DNA of 64,000 bases from an uncultured Nitrospiraceae bacterium (GCA_963727775.1 CAVSHB010000001.1:448001-512000); one strand, 5' to 3'. Positions 53,182 to 64,000 are shown, numbered from the stretch's first letter. Translations and numbers: made by a program. The notes: generated by a model from the sequence alone, not told the origin.

Positions 53182-53922
53182 CTATTTCACTTCCGGTGAT
53201 GCATTCGGATCGAAAGGATTGGTTCTCACAGCAAGGGAGAAGAGATATGGATAATCAACCCTCAGATGTTTCATATACGATAACCACTCAAAAATCAGAA
53301 GCACATAGGCTCTTTTGATATCACCGGAGAGATGTTTATAGTCTGTATCAGGCAATTCTATGGTATTTGCCCTGCAGCTCAATTCTTCGGTCAGATGAAA
53401 TACAGCCCAGAGAAGATCTGTAAAGGTTTCGTGTTCGAGCAGATTCGGATTTTCCAGAAGTCCGAGAAGAAAATTCCTCTTGCCGGTTAGAAAACTTTTC
53501 AAAACCTCTAAATCACATGTTTTGCTGTCAAGCTTGTAACTAAAATCTTTAAGGCGATATTTTATGAGAGCAAAATTATGCTCTGACCACCTATCAGAGA
53601 TAATAAGATTCTCTCTGATTGTTTCATAATGAAGATCGAAATCAGAGAAGAGCTTTAACAGATTTGTTCCAACCTCATTGAAAAATGCACCGATAACCAT
53701 ATCCATTTTTTTCAGCATTGCACGTCTTTCTCTCATCCTCAGAACCTGGTCTAAAATGAGGGTTAATATCAGGACCGAGATAGGGACAAAGGCAAGGTCC
53801 TGAAAAATATAAAAGAACGTATTTTGGGGAGTTTTAAAGATTTGAATCTGGATGAAATAAATAAGAGCTGATAACGTAATCAGCGATGCTCCGAAAAGAA
53901 TCTGCCATTTCAAGTGTTTCAT
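53182..53922 (-). CDS. Conserved membrane hypothetical protein
   Basis: Two N-terminal TM helices; LLENPNLLEHETFTDLLWAVFHL; 246-aa ORF. Confidence 0.75.
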   Translation of the reverse strand: MKHLKWQILFGASLITLSALIYFIQIQIFKTPQNTFFYIFQDLAFVPISVLILTLILDQVLRMRERRAMLKKMDMVIGAFFNEVGTNLLKLFSDFDLHYETIRENLIISDRWSEHNFALIKYRLKDFSYKLDSKTCDLEVLKSFLTGKRNFLLGLLENPNLLEHETFTDLLWAVFHLTEELSCRANTIELPDTDYKHLSGDIKRAYVLLIFEWLSYMKHLRVDYPYLFSLAVRTNPFDPNASPEVK

Positions 53923-53989
53923 GTAATAATGTTTTACCTAAGAGTATTTCAATGTCATTCTGGCTTGCTCCAGAATCTTTCCTCTCAGC

Positions 53990-54013
53990 GGGTTCAATTT
54001 TGCAAATTGAACC
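53990..54013. repeat. REP-like palindrome GGTTCAA...TTGAACC (also at 55522-55545 and 55711-55735)
   Basis: Three related intergenic palindromes. Confidence 0.65.
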
Positions 54014-54054
54014 TTAATATCTGTGCGGAAACAAGTTTATAACTTGCTGCCTAT

Positions 54055-55401
54055 TTATAAACCTAATAATTCTGTATTTATCTCTTTTTTCACAATCACC
54101 GGCTTTACGGTTTTCTTTACTATCTCTGTTGTATTGATAACCTTGAGTTTTGAAAACAAGAGTGCGAACTTATCCGCGAGTTCCTTCATAATAGGCTCTT
54201 TTATGTTTGAGGGCAAATCCCACCACTTTTGCTTCAATGGTCCGAATCCCTTTTTCCTTGTGCTGTAAATAAACTGCTCTTCTGTCTGCCCTTCTTTCCA
54301 TTCCTTTGCATATTCCTGCTTTATAAATCCATAAACCTCTTTACGGAATTCCGAAGGCAATGCCTTATTGTCATACATGATATTCTGAAATCCTGTAGCG
54401 AGATGGACTTCGGATGTGCCTGTCTCCGGGAACATATGAAAAGCATCTTCCGGAAGTGTTGATGCGCCATGTTGCACTGCTCCTGAAAGGCCATATTCTT
54501 TTCTGGCAAGATCTGACAAAGTTCTTAAGGTATCGAAATCTATTTTAACCTGTGCAAGTGATCCGTCAGGCAATACCACTCCGCCATGGCTGGTTCCTGT
54601 CTGCACACTAAGTTTGCTGACTCCCTTGCCGGCTTTAAAAGTTTCCCTGAACCCGTCAAGATAAGCTCTGAGTTCATCTGGCGTGCTGTTTTTCTTGCCT
54701 ATTTCGCCGATTTCTCCACCTATGGATATATCTATACCTGCAGGCTGGATTTCTCTTATATATGTGGCGAGATCAGATGTCCTTTCGAAGTTTGGACGTT
54801 GCTGTTCCTTTATCGTTTCTTTTTCGATATCGACAATCGTGGAGGTATCAATATCGATGTTGTAGAATTCTGCCTCTATCGCTTCTTTGATAAGACCTTT
54901 TACATAATCAGTTTCTGGTTTAGCGTCCACGAGGTAATTTTTTCTAACAAGCTGGAAATGGTCTCCTTGAATAAATACCGGACCCTGATATCCTTCTTTT
55001 ACAGCTGCAGCAAGGACAACTGCAGAGTATTCGAGGGGTCTTTGCTTTGTATAGCCGATCTCCGACCGTGCTATCTCAAATATAAAAGGACCTACATGCA
55101 ATTCCAGGGCCTTTCTGAAAATAACTTTTGCAGTGTCATAAGTGAGGCCTCTTATATTCATTGCTGGAACAGTAAAGCCGGGATATGACTTCCCCATTTC
55201 TTCATAAAGCGTTTGGATTGATGTCGGAACTGCGCCTGCTGCCTTTGCAATCTCTTTGATGAGTATCAGTAGAGCATTCTTTTTGTCACCCTCTGCAAAT
55301 ACAGCCTCATAGACCAGACTGTCCATCATGTTCCTGAGTCCATTCAAATCTTTTATTGATACTCCATCCTTACTGACAGTAATAACATTTTTTAATTCCA
55401 T
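54055..55401 (-). CDS. Class II fructose-bisphosphate aldolase-family protein
   Basis: QGDHFQ, GGEIGEIG, GTSHGG, VQHGASTL. Confidence 0.88.
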   Translation of the reverse strand: MELKNVITVSKDGVSIKDLNGLRNMMDSLVYEAVFAEGDKKNALLILIKEIAKAAGAVPTSIQTLYEEMGKSYPGFTVPAMNIRGLTYDTAKVIFRKALELHVGPFIFEIARSEIGYTKQRPLEYSAVVLAAAVKEGYQGPVFIQGDHFQLVRKNYLVDAKPETDYVKGLIKEAIEAEFYNIDIDTSTIVDIEKETIKEQQRPNFERTSDLATYIREIQPAGIDISIGGEIGEIGKKNSTPDELRAYLDGFRETFKAGKGVSKLSVQTGTSHGGVVLPDGSLAQVKIDFDTLRTLSDLARKEYGLSGAVQHGASTLPEDAFHMFPETGTSEVHLATGFQNIMYDNKALPSEFRKEVYGFIKQEYAKEWKEGQTEEQFIYSTRKKGFGPLKQKWWDLPSNIKEPIMKELADKFALLFSKLKVINTTEIVKKTVKPVIVKKEINTELLGL

Positions 55402-56032
55402 GATGTCTATAACCTCCCTTTTGAAATTATTTATTTCTGGATTGCTTCATTGATATGTCTACTAATTTTAGCAGCATTATTCATCAACTTCTATTGTTTT
55501 TTGATTTTGGTATCGCTCTGCGGGTTCAAGTTTGTAACTTGAACCTGAATATTTTGCATTTTAATGAGTCAGCGAGAATTTGGAATCTGTTGTGTCGATC
55601 AAATATGTAATTCCAGTTTCTCACAGTAAAGGTAAGATAATAGATGCATGAGGTGAGTTCCTTTGAAATCCTTACCGATGGTATTATGGGCTATATTGTA
55701 GTAAAACAAAGGGTTCAACTTGCAAACTTGAACCCGCTAAAAGCTTGCCGCCGCCAGCGTCTTTCATCCCCCATGACTCATGATCCGGTCCCAATTCGCT
55801 GAGAGGGATGAATGATTTCGTTTTCAAGAGAGCCAATACCCATTCGTCAGTGGAGAATCCGCACATGGGGAATGTTAATGGGTTGCCGATTCGCGCCTCT
55901 GTAAGAATACCCATCATATTGCGAATCAATTTGTCCTTTTGGGGGAATACAGCGCTCGTAAGGTTTGGATGTTAGATTTTTGCAATGTGTTAGACGGTGC
56001 GATAACTTTAGTCTTTTTTCAATCTTTTTATT

Positions 56033-56174
56033 AATCTCCATACCCCGCCGTCTCTGCGGCGGGCACCTTACGTCGTCGGGGTGCAGGGCGTCGGAGCGAA
56101 GCGCAGACCCTTGCCGACCCGCGGGGTCTAATACCCCGTGGTGTCGTGCCGAGCAAAGCGAGGTTTAGTTTATT
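56033..56174 (+). mobile_element. 142-bp element, copy 6
   Basis: Identical repeat; preceded by TTTATT; at the 3' end of the endonuclease gene. Confidence 0.9.
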
Positions 56175-56853
56175 GTTGAATTTTGTCAATTACTTCAATA
56201 TTGTATATTTTCTTTTTCTTGCCACCGGATTTGACAGAATAAATAAAGAAAACACGTCCGCCAAATTTGTCTTGAAAATTTTTATGATTGACTTCGTGCA
56301 TTTTAGTCCATTGATATTGGTTTAGTGCCTGTCCAGAAGCTATCGGCTTAATTTGAAGGCCGATATATTTTTTGTCAACTTGAATGTAAAAATCAACATT
56401 GAAAGTTCTGTCCCACTTATCGGGAGCCGGCTGAATTTTTACGCTTAAAATAGACTCCAATTGCCCATATATTGTATCAATTTCTGACCTGTATCCCTCG
56501 TAAGTCCTATTCAAAACAAGATTATAAGCATAATCTGCACATTCTTCCTCTTGAATGGAATCCAATTCATTTTGAACTACTTCCGAGAGTTTTATGTGAA
56601 GTCTTTGTCCTAAATCTCTGATATATTCTCTGGTTATTTTGATTCCGTTATGTTTTTTCTGTGTGGCATTATTGAAATAAAAATCTTCCCAGACCTCAAA
56701 GGTATCTGGCGCACATTGCCTTATCAATTCAGATGTTGGTCCAACACTGGCTGCTTTATTTAGGCCCCATCTATTCATTCCATAATTCAACAATGTTTCT
56801 CTTTTGAATTTGAGATTCTTGCCTTCGATGCCTGAAATCCATTCCTTTGTCAT
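56170..56853 (-). CDS. Type II restriction endonuclease (MjaI-family-like)
   Basis: VGPTSELI, D..FNVDFYI...IGLQIKP PD-(D/E)xK-type motif; directly downstream of a methyltransferase. Confidence 0.75.
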   Translation of the reverse strand: MTKEWISGIEGKNLKFKRETLLNYGMNRWGLNKAASVGPTSELIRQCAPDTFEVWEDFYFNNATQKKHNGIKITREYIRDLGQRLHIKLSEVVQNELDSIQEEECADYAYNLVLNRTYEGYRSEIDTIYGQLESILSVKIQPAPDKWDRTFNVDFYIQVDKKYIGLQIKPIASGQALNQYQWTKMHEVNHKNFQDKFGGRVFFIYSVKSGGKKKKIYNIEVIDKIQQ

Positions 56854-56857
56854 TATC

Positions 56858-59423
56858 TTATCCCGTCAACTCCAAAAATTTAGATTTATACTTGTAATCC
56901 AATGAAGTATCGACATCGGCAAGTCTGTTTTTGATCAGATGAGCGTTAATAAAGGTCTTATTCTTCAGATACAGATAACACAACAGATTCCCTTCTTCAT
57001 CATATTTGACGGAATCATATTTTAAAAACACTTTTTCTCCCTTTAATTTAGCTATGAGAAATCTTAATGCTTCTCCATTTACCTCTTTTTTCTCCTTTAC
57101 TCCAAGCAATTTCAATTTTAGGCCGTTGTTTAAAATTATTAATTCAGGGCTCAAAATCTCTTTGATTGAGTAATAGTCTTCTCTTTTTTGGTTTTCAGAG
57201 TTGTCAATTTTTGAACCGAACTTTAGCTTTTTCAGATCTACTTTCTTATCAAACTTCACATGGTCTTTAAATATGTAAGGCAGTTCTTTAATTTTTTCTT
57301 TAAAGTTAATTTCAGAATGTTTTTGTTTGATTACGTTAAATACGGTTTTCTGAGCAAAGGTATTCTGTTGAAGTCCCAGTTTCTCTTTCATTGCAGATAA
57401 AAAATCTTCATTAATTTCATATCCGACAGAGTTTCGAGTCAACTTATTAGCTGCCAGAGCTGTTGTGCCACTTCCCATGAAGGGGTCAAGCACTGTATCT
57501 CCGACGAAGCTAAACATTTTAATAAATCGTTTCGGCAGTTCTTCAGGGAACATGGCAAGATGCTTATCTTGTCTTTCACCAGCGAAATTCCAATGACCAG
57601 AAAAATATTGATTCCATTCTTCCTGTGTGAGTTTTGATTGTTCTTTAATTTCTTTATCAACACTTGGAGAAACCCCGTATTTTTTGAAAATCAGTATGAA
57701 TTCATAATCGAGTTTGAGAATTCCATTTCTTGGATACGGAAAAGACCCCATTATTGTTGCGCCACCAGTAGTATTGCAAGTAGTGACTTTCTGCCAGATT
57801 ATGGCCCCCATATAATCAAAACCTATCGTTTCACAGAATTTTATTATCTCTGTCCGTATAGGGATAACTTTGTATCTTCCATAATATACAGAACGTGCAA
57901 ACTGGTCTCCTATGTTGATGCACAGACGACAGCCTTTGTGCAAGACTCTATGGCATTCATTCCAGACCAAATTAAGATTGTTGATATATTCTTCATAGGT
58001 GTCATTAAAACCAATCTGATTTCCGTTACCGTGATGTAGGATGGAAAAAGTGGACACCAAAGTCAGATAAAATAAATGAAAGACGGAGGTGTCAGAATGA
58101 AAGGGATTCCGCAGGGACGTTACACGAAGGAGTTTCGTGGGGAGGCAGTGAAGATGGTGTTAGCCGGGGGTATATCGTTGCTGGAGGCAGCTCACCGGCT
58201 GTCATTGCCGCCCTCGACGTTAGGGAACTGGGTCAAGGCGCATAAAGCTGGCAAGCTGGAAGATATAGGCAAGACACAGAAGCCACTGACGGAGCTAGAG
58301 ATGGAACTGGCAAGGGTAAAGAAAGAGCTGGTAGAGACGAGAATGGAGCGTGATCTGCTAAAAAAAGCTGCCGCGTACTTTGCGAAGGAGTCGCTGCCCG
58401 GTACGCGCTAATGAAAGAAATGCGACTTCAATATTCAGTGCCGCTGATGTGCCGGATATATAACGTATCGGCAAGCGGATACTATGCACACGTGACAAGG
58501 CCGCTTTCTAAGCGGGGGCAGGAAGAACGCCCGCTTGGAGGTTGAGATTAAGGCTGCACATAAGAGGACACGGCGGGTATGCGGCGCTGAGAGATTACAG
58601 AAGGATTTGGCAGACAACGGTATTGCAGTGGGTGTTTGCCGGATCAAGCGACTCAGGAAGAAGCTCGGTATACGCTGTAAGCAGACGAAGAAATTCAAAA
58701 CTACAACTGACTCAAAACATACGCTTCCGGTGGCTGAGAACCTACTGGACCAGCAGTTTGAAGTATCCAGGCCGAACATGGCATGGTTGAGCGATATAAC
58801 ATATGTTTGGACCGATGAAGGATGGCTGTACCTTGCCGCGCACAAGGATCTTTTTAACGGTGAGATAGTCGGATACGCAATGGGAGAACGGATAACGAAG
58901 AGCCTTGTAAGTCAGTCTTTATTCCGTGCCGTTGCAGCGAAGCGTCCAGGGAAGGGGCTGATTCATCACTCGGATCGCGGGAGCCAATATTGTGCTCATG
59001 ATTATCGGAAGCTTCTTAATCAGTTCGGCATGACGGCATCAATGAGTAGAAAAGGGAATTGCTACGACAATGCCCCGATGGAGAGTTTCTGGGGCACGCT
59101 GAAGCAGGAGCTTGTCCATCACAGACGCTACAGGAACAGACAAGAGGCAGTGCAGGATATCACGGAATATATCGAGATCTTCTACAACAGGCAGCGCCGA
59201 CAGGCAAGACTTGGATATCTATCCCCAGTTGCTTATGAGTATCAATTCTATGCACGAGAGCTGGCAGCATGAAAGGGTTTGGTGTCCACTATTGACATCC
59301 GAGGTCACCGTAGTCCTTTAGTTGCCAGTACGGAGGAGAGGTAACAACAAGATGAATAGACTCATCGGGGATTTCTTTCATGCATCTTGAATCACCAATA
59401 ATTATTTTGTGGGAGGTTTTCAT
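56858..59423 (-). pseudogene. N4/N6 DNA methyltransferase with C-terminal thermonuclease-like domain, interrupted by IS3
   Basis: 5' part MKTSHKIIIGDSR...VTSPPYWQLKDYG (59423-59308) continues as NGNQIGF...DPFMGSGTT...KYDEEGNLLCYLYL after IS removal. Confidence 0.88.
58032..59307 (+). mobile_element. IS3-family insertion sequence
   Basis: TG...CA ends, IR core GTGGACACC, 3-bp CCG duplication; orfA 58097-58411 with A6G slip site; orfB has WLSDITY, HSDRGSQY, ESFW and an extra frameshift near 58530. Confidence 0.92.
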
Positions 59424-59801
59424 ATCAGATAAAGTTTACCATATCAAGAACCATCGTTTCGCATCTTGTTCATTAATTTATAGGAATATTTCTCATGATT
59501 ACCACGCAAAGTCTTGAGAAACATCAAACAGTACAGAGCGCTTTGTTACAGGAAGAATTTTCTCAGCGTCAAATCCTTTTAATAATCTGTTTGTAAATGT
59601 CTTTTCGGTTAATAATAGCGGATATCCACACTTCGTTTCCCTCAACTTTGCAGGCTACCCTGTAATCGCCGACTCTCAGTTTCCAGTATCTCTTGAGAGT
59701 TTTCCTGAGCGGTACTCTCCTGTTTTCTGAAGGTTGTCAGCAAGCATTTTGATGTTTTCATTTATTTGTTCTGCAGGCATTCCCTTACTTATGTTTCAGC
59801 T

Positions 59802-60087
59802 TTACAATCCCCTCATCAAATCAAGCGTGCTGTGAACCTTTACCCCTATGCCCTCAAAATCCTTGTCATTGCTCCAGATGGGGCAGTTGAGTTTCATAGA
59901 TAAAGCAAGGAGATGAAAATCATGAGGGTCTCTTTTCCCTATCATTAATTCAGCCTGCCGGATTTTACTTTTGTAAAAGTCAACATCACATAAAGACAGA
60001 GGGAGCATTGATAATGCTAAATAAAGATCCTCTTATTGCGGATAGAATAGGATTAGCGTCTACGGCGAGTTTTTCTATGCTTTTCAA
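59802..60087 (-). pseudogene. PIN-domain toxin with internal deletion/frameshift
   Basis: KLAVDANPILSAI N-terminus abuts an out-of-frame EDLYLAL...RDPHD...IWSNDKDF C-terminus. Confidence 0.7.
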
Positions 60088-60316
60088 AATCTTCAAGTAT
60101 TTCTTCCTCTTTTACCCCTTGCAGTTTGAGTTTTTTCGTGATTGATTCGGTCAGACTGATAAAAATATCCTTTTTGAATTCAAAAGGGATTGAATCTAAC
60201 GGAGTCGGGAAAAAAATACCGGCGACCTCACCGCGTCGCATAATGATAAGAGGCTCTTTGCTTTTTAGCGCTTTTGTTGCGCTGTCTCTGAATTCTTTAA
60301 CTGGCAGCAATTTCAT
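60053..60316 (-). CDS. Phd/YefM-like antitoxin
   Basis: VKEFRDSATKAL...PLIIMRRG; upstream of and overlapping the PIN gene. Confidence 0.7.
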   Translation of the reverse strand: MKLLPVKEFRDSATKALKSKEPLIIMRRGEVAGIFFPTPLDSIPFEFKKDIFISLTESITKKLKLQGVKEEEILEDFEKHRKTRRRR

Positions 60317-60365
60317 ACTGTGACCACCTTCATGACCATATTATATCATAGAATTAACCAGCAGC

Positions 60366-61489
60366 TAAACATAACGACATAATAGTTGCCGCATAAATAT
60401 GCTATCATATAGCCATATCCCTTATAAGGAGGTGGCAATGCGGAAACTGATAATTGGAGATGCTGAGTTGATGCAAATTGCAATTCGCCAGGAAATAGAT
60501 CGAACAGATGAGTCGCGTTATGATCATCGTCTTCACGGAGTGCTTCTGGTTGCAAGTAATCACACATGCACCGAAGTAGCGAGATTGTTCGGTGAGGATC
60601 GCCGGACGATCCAGCGGTGGGTCAAAAAGTTCGAAACGGGTGGCTTTGATGGTCTTCGAGAGGGAGATCATCCTGGCCGACCGGACAGGCTTGACGAGAG
60701 GCAGTGGGAGTCTGTAGCTGCTGACCTGCGAAAAAATCCTCGCGATTTTAGACATGGGCAAAACCTTTGGGATGGCAAAATGCTGAGTGAACATTTGAAA
60801 CAGCGCTATCATGTTAAGCTTGGTGTGCGACAATGCCAACGTATGTTCAGCAAACTTGGGTTTCGACTGCGTAAGCCAAGACCTCAGGTAGCCCAAGCCG
60901 ATCCCGTTAAGATCGATGTTTTTAAAAAAACTGCGGCGCCTGGCAAGAAAAAAGGACATTGAGATATGGAGTCTGGACGAATGCCATTTCCAGCAGCACG
61001 GCACACGAAGCCGAATGTGGGTACCACCCGAAACAAAAGACCCGATATTGTACCATGCGCCTACTCGCAAATCGGTAGCGTGCTTCGGTGCGGTCAACAT
61101 GAACACTGGCAAGTTCGTTCGAACCATTTGCGACAAGTTCAACGCAGAAACATTCGAGCTTTTTCTGAAACAATTATTGCGACACCGAACACGCGGCAAA
61201 CGGATGGTGATCATCCTGGACAATGCCCGATACCACCATGCGGTGCTGCTTGTTCCATTATTGGAAAAATATCGCAGCATTCTGAGATTGGTGTTTCTGC
61301 CGCCATACAGCCCGCAACTTGCTCCAATCGAGAGAGTATGGAAGCTTGCCAGGCGCATTGCAACACACAACCAATACTTTGTAACGTTGAGCATGTTGAT
61401 AGAGGTCGTCGGATCATGTTTCGACCAATGGAAAAAACCAAACCGGATTCTGACAAGATTATGCGGCATAACTTAAGTCGCTATGTTTA
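60366..61489 (+). mobile_element. IS630-family insertion sequence (ORFs 60438-60962 and 60916-61476)
   Basis: IRs TAAACATA.CGAC...TGCCGCATAA, TA ends; DECHF, LDNARYH, LPPYSPQLAPIERVW; T6A7 slippery run. Confidence 0.9.
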
Positions 61490-61518
61490 ACGAGGTAATT
61501 TGCTTCGAGAGACCTATG

Positions 61519-61621
61519 GTAACCATTCAGTTACAGGTCGTAGCCGCAACCCTTAGGTTGCGCCATGAGCGCAGGCTAAAGCCTGCGGCTACCAAAATTC
61601 CTCCCGTCACTGAATGGTTAC
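61519..61621. mobile_element. 103-bp MITE-like element containing a GTAG-type REP doublet
   Basis: 13-bp perfect IR GTAACCATTCAGT/ACTGAATGGTTAC around GTAGCCGCAACC...GGTTGCG and CGCAGGCTAAAGCCTGCGGCTAC. Confidence 0.7.
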
Positions 61622-61637
61622 TTTCTATGTAAAATTA

Positions 61638-62027
61638 TTATTCTCTGCAATAACGCAGTGAGGCCAAGGGGGAAGGCAGTCTCTGAGGTTTCCCTTCTTT
61701 ATTGATACAGGCAATCTTAACAGCAGCGTCAACCAGCAGAGCGGTGTCTTTGAAAATCTGATGTCTGAAGGTAATGGTTACATTAGTCATTTCTGCGATA
61801 TCAGTGGTTATATCTATGATTTCTCCAAGCCTCGCCGGTCTTCTGTAGTATATATCGACATGGACAACCGCAAACAAATAACCTCTATTATGATATTCTG
61901 CGACGTCTATACCCTTCTCTGAAAAGAGTTCGGTCCTCGCGCGCTCCAGATATCGCAGGTAGTTGGCATAGTAAACAACGCCTCCTGCGTCGGTGTCTTC
62001 ATAGTAAATCTTGATCTTGATTCCCAT
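61638..62027 (-). CDS. ybgC: YbgC-family acyl-CoA thioesterase
   Basis: IYYEDTDAGGVVYYANYLRYLERARTE. Confidence 0.9.
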   Translation of the reverse strand: MGIKIKIYYEDTDAGGVVYYANYLRYLERARTELFSEKGIDVAEYHNRGYLFAVVHVDIYYRRPARLGEIIDITTDIAEMTNVTITFRHQIFKDTALLVDAAVKIACINKEGKPQRLPSPLASLRYCRE

Positions 62028-62050
62028 TTGAATCCCCGGTCCTTTTGACC

Positions 62051-62674
62051 CTATTTCGATTTAAGAATTATATACGTAGCTCCCAATCCGCCGTCACAGC
62101 TTTTTGCTGTAGAATAAGCAAGAATGTATTTCCTTAAAGATCCCTGGAGCCATTTTTGTAAGGCCTCCTTAAGCACAGCGCCCTTGGGTGATCTGAGCCC
62201 CCTCCCATGTATCACCTTAATGCAGAAAAGCCGTTTTTTTAAAGCCCTTGCAAAAAAAGAACAGAAAACTTCTTCTGCTTCAATAAGATTCAGGCCATGA
62301 AGGTCGATAGAGTCCTGCACAGAAAAATAACCCTGATGCAACTTCCGGGCAATGTCTTTTCTCATGCCGGGATGTATCCATTCTATATATTCACCCGTAT
62401 CAGAGAGCGTTATTTTTATTTCACCTTTAATAATCCGGCGTAATGCCTCGATGGAATCATCCTTTTGCGGCGGAACGAGTTTGAACTTCGGCGGCTTTTT
62501 GAGCGGGATTTGTCTGAACTCTTTGATCTCTCTGACATCAGCCATAGCATCATGGAATATATCATCATCTGTCCTGGTCTCTAAAAAGATTTTTTTACTG
62601 AGTAGGCGGTTGTTGTTTTCGAGGGCCTTTTTCAGGCCTTTAAACGGGGCAAATGACCATTCTGTTGTCTTCAT
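62051..62674 (-). CDS. Smr-domain protein
   Basis: IDLHG, VIHGRG, GGLGATYI. Confidence 0.9.
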   Translation of the reverse strand: MKTTEWSFAPFKGLKKALENNNRLLSKKIFLETRTDDDIFHDAMADVREIKEFRQIPLKKPPKFKLVPPQKDDSIEALRRIIKGEIKITLSDTGEYIEWIHPGMRKDIARKLHQGYFSVQDSIDLHGLNLIEAEEVFCSFFARALKKRLFCIKVIHGRGLRSPKGAVLKEALQKWLQGSLRKYILAYSTAKSCDGGLGATYIILKSK

Positions 62675-62824
62675 TCTAACCCTCCGTCTTACTCAAACTT
62701 TAATCTCTATTATACTATTTTGTCATGACATAGGGTCCAGAATGCAGCGGCGGGCCGGTGAACCGGTCCGCCGCATTTCCTCTGTATTTCAGAGCATGGG
62801 GTACCCTGAAAGTTTTGTGCAGAG

Positions 62825-63811
62825 TTACCTCTGCTCGTGACCTTTCCCAGAAGAGCTACCACCTGAGTGCCCACTTGAATGGCCGCTAACTGACGATTTA
62901 CCAACTGACGATTTGCTAACTGACGATTTACCAACTGACGATTTACCAACTGACGATTTACCAACTGACGATTTGCCAACTGACGATTTGCCAACTGACG
63001 ATTTGCCAACTGACGATTTGCCAACTGACGATTTGCCAACTGACGATTTGCCAACTGACGATTTGCCAACTGACGATTTGCCAACTGACGATTTGCCAAC
63101 TGACGATTTGCCAACTGACGATTTGCCATCCTTGCTCTTGCCGTCTTTGGTTTTACCATCAGGCGGGAACTTGTTCTTGCCATCTTTGGTTTTACCATCA
63201 GGCGGGAACTTGTTCTTGCCGTCCTTGCCTTTTTTGCCACGGTCTCTGTCACGGTCCCGATCCCGGTCGCGCTTATTCTTCTCGCGTTTCTCCTTTGAAC
63301 GTTTATGCCTATCCCGCTTTACGTCAATGTTCTTCTCATGATTGTACCAATCATATTTGTTCCAGTGTTTTTCTCGGTCCCAATCATGCCAGTGCCTGTG
63401 GAAGTCGCCGTAATGTATCCTTTCATAATCAGGCGGCAGGACTTCAACATATTCGGGCGGTACATCCACGACGACCTGAGGGACGACAGCTATTGCCACA
63501 TAGCCCCATGGTCCTTCGTAAGATATAGACCGATACCAACGATCGCCATAGAAACGGAACCAGTAGCCATTGTAGAAATAAAGGCCTTCCGCATTCGGGA
63601 CCATATAGATAGTCGCTGCTCCACTGGGTACTGCCACTACATCAGGCGGTTGGGTAAATTCCTCGGGCGGCGGAGCTTCCGCCGCAACGTCCGGTGCTGG
63701 GGAGATGGCGCCCGGGCCGGCGTTGATATTGATGTTAAAATCTGCGGCCGAACCAACAAACGGCATGCTGACCAAACTTAGAAAAACAATAAGGAATACG
63801 ATATGCCTCAT
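62825..63811 (-). CDS. Exported protein with low-complexity basic/Ser-rich tail
   Basis: Signal peptide, Pro-rich and aromatic domain (FYNGYW...WYRS..Y.GPW), RD repeats, (GKSSV)n. Confidence 0.8.
   Translation of the reverse strand: MRHIVFLIVFLSLVSMPFVGSAADFNININAGPGAISPAPDVAAEAPPPEEFTQPPDVVAVPSGAATIYMVPNAEGLYFYNGYWFRFYGDRWYRSISYEGPWGYVAIAVVPQVVVDVPPEYVEVLPPDYERIHYGDFHRHWHDWDREKHWNKYDWYNHEKNIDVKRDRHKRSKEKREKNKRDRDRDRDRDRGKKGKDGKNKFPPDGKTKDGKNKFPPDGKTKDGKSKDGKSSVGKSSVGKSSVGKSSVGKSSVGKSSVGKSSVGKSSVGKSSVGKSSVGKSSVGKSSVGKSSVGKSSVSKSSVGKSSVSGHSSGHSGGSSSGKGHEQR
62889..63128 (-). repeat. About 16 tandem 15-bp coding repeats (GKSSV)
   Basis: CCAACTGACGATTTG repeated without spacers. Confidence 0.95.
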
Positions 63812-64000
63812 AACGTGGTCCCTCCTTTTGGGTTTATAGTGAATAAGGAATGGGGTCTTAAAATATCAGTTCCTTATTCATCTATTTTGATTTATCCCCA
63901 TTATAGTGGATAAAAGATGATTTTACAACAACTTTACCCCTGTAATTATGCTTACTATGAACCACTATGATACGCTACCCCTTATACCTTTCGAACGGCC

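Noticed and set aside
60405..61469. 354-aa minus-strand ORF
   Set aside because: Antisense shadow of the IS630 transposase.
61638..62027. ybgC separated from the tol-pal operon
   Set aside because: Gene-order variation of this kind is ordinary outside gammaproteobacteria.
62889..63128. 15-bp repeats as a CRISPR or guide-RNA array; ORFs 62710-63252 and 62913-63341
   Set aside because: No spacers; the repeats are in frame in the 62825-63811 CDS, and the other ORFs are stop-free shadows of the repeat.

Overview
A 64-kb bacterial chromosomal window. Gene content and style suggest Nitrospirota (Thermodesulfovibrionia-like) or a deltaproteobacterium; this is inference. Housekeeping blocks (heptosyltransferases, ilvBN, ETF-QO, recQ, cinA, ligA, tol-pal, moaA, two tRNAs, PPIase, phosphate transport, aldolase, ybgC, Smr) alternate with three accessory regions. 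(i) 3.2-9.1 kb is a c-di-GMP/PilZ signalling cluster. (ii) 22.4-42.7 kb is an island ending at the 3' end of tRNA-Ser. It holds a decayed DGR (CLec/FGE target gene, IS630, truncated avd), degenerate attC-like sites, a group II intron whose RT is split by a RIT (three-tyrosine-recombinase) element, IS1182 plus a MITE, and a two-transposase IS481-like element. It also holds an array of small same-strand genes, each preceded by a conserved non-attC ~55-bp site (CTTCCT...TGATATAATTGTG...AGTRYA). (iii) 56-61.6 kb is an IS-damaged restriction-modification/TA region. Six apparently identical copies of a 142-bp structured element, always inserted 3' of TTNATT, are scattered across the window. The best candidates for undescribed biology are the site-delimited gene array and the 142-bp element. 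All calls come from reading the sequence and ORF track; no searches were run.
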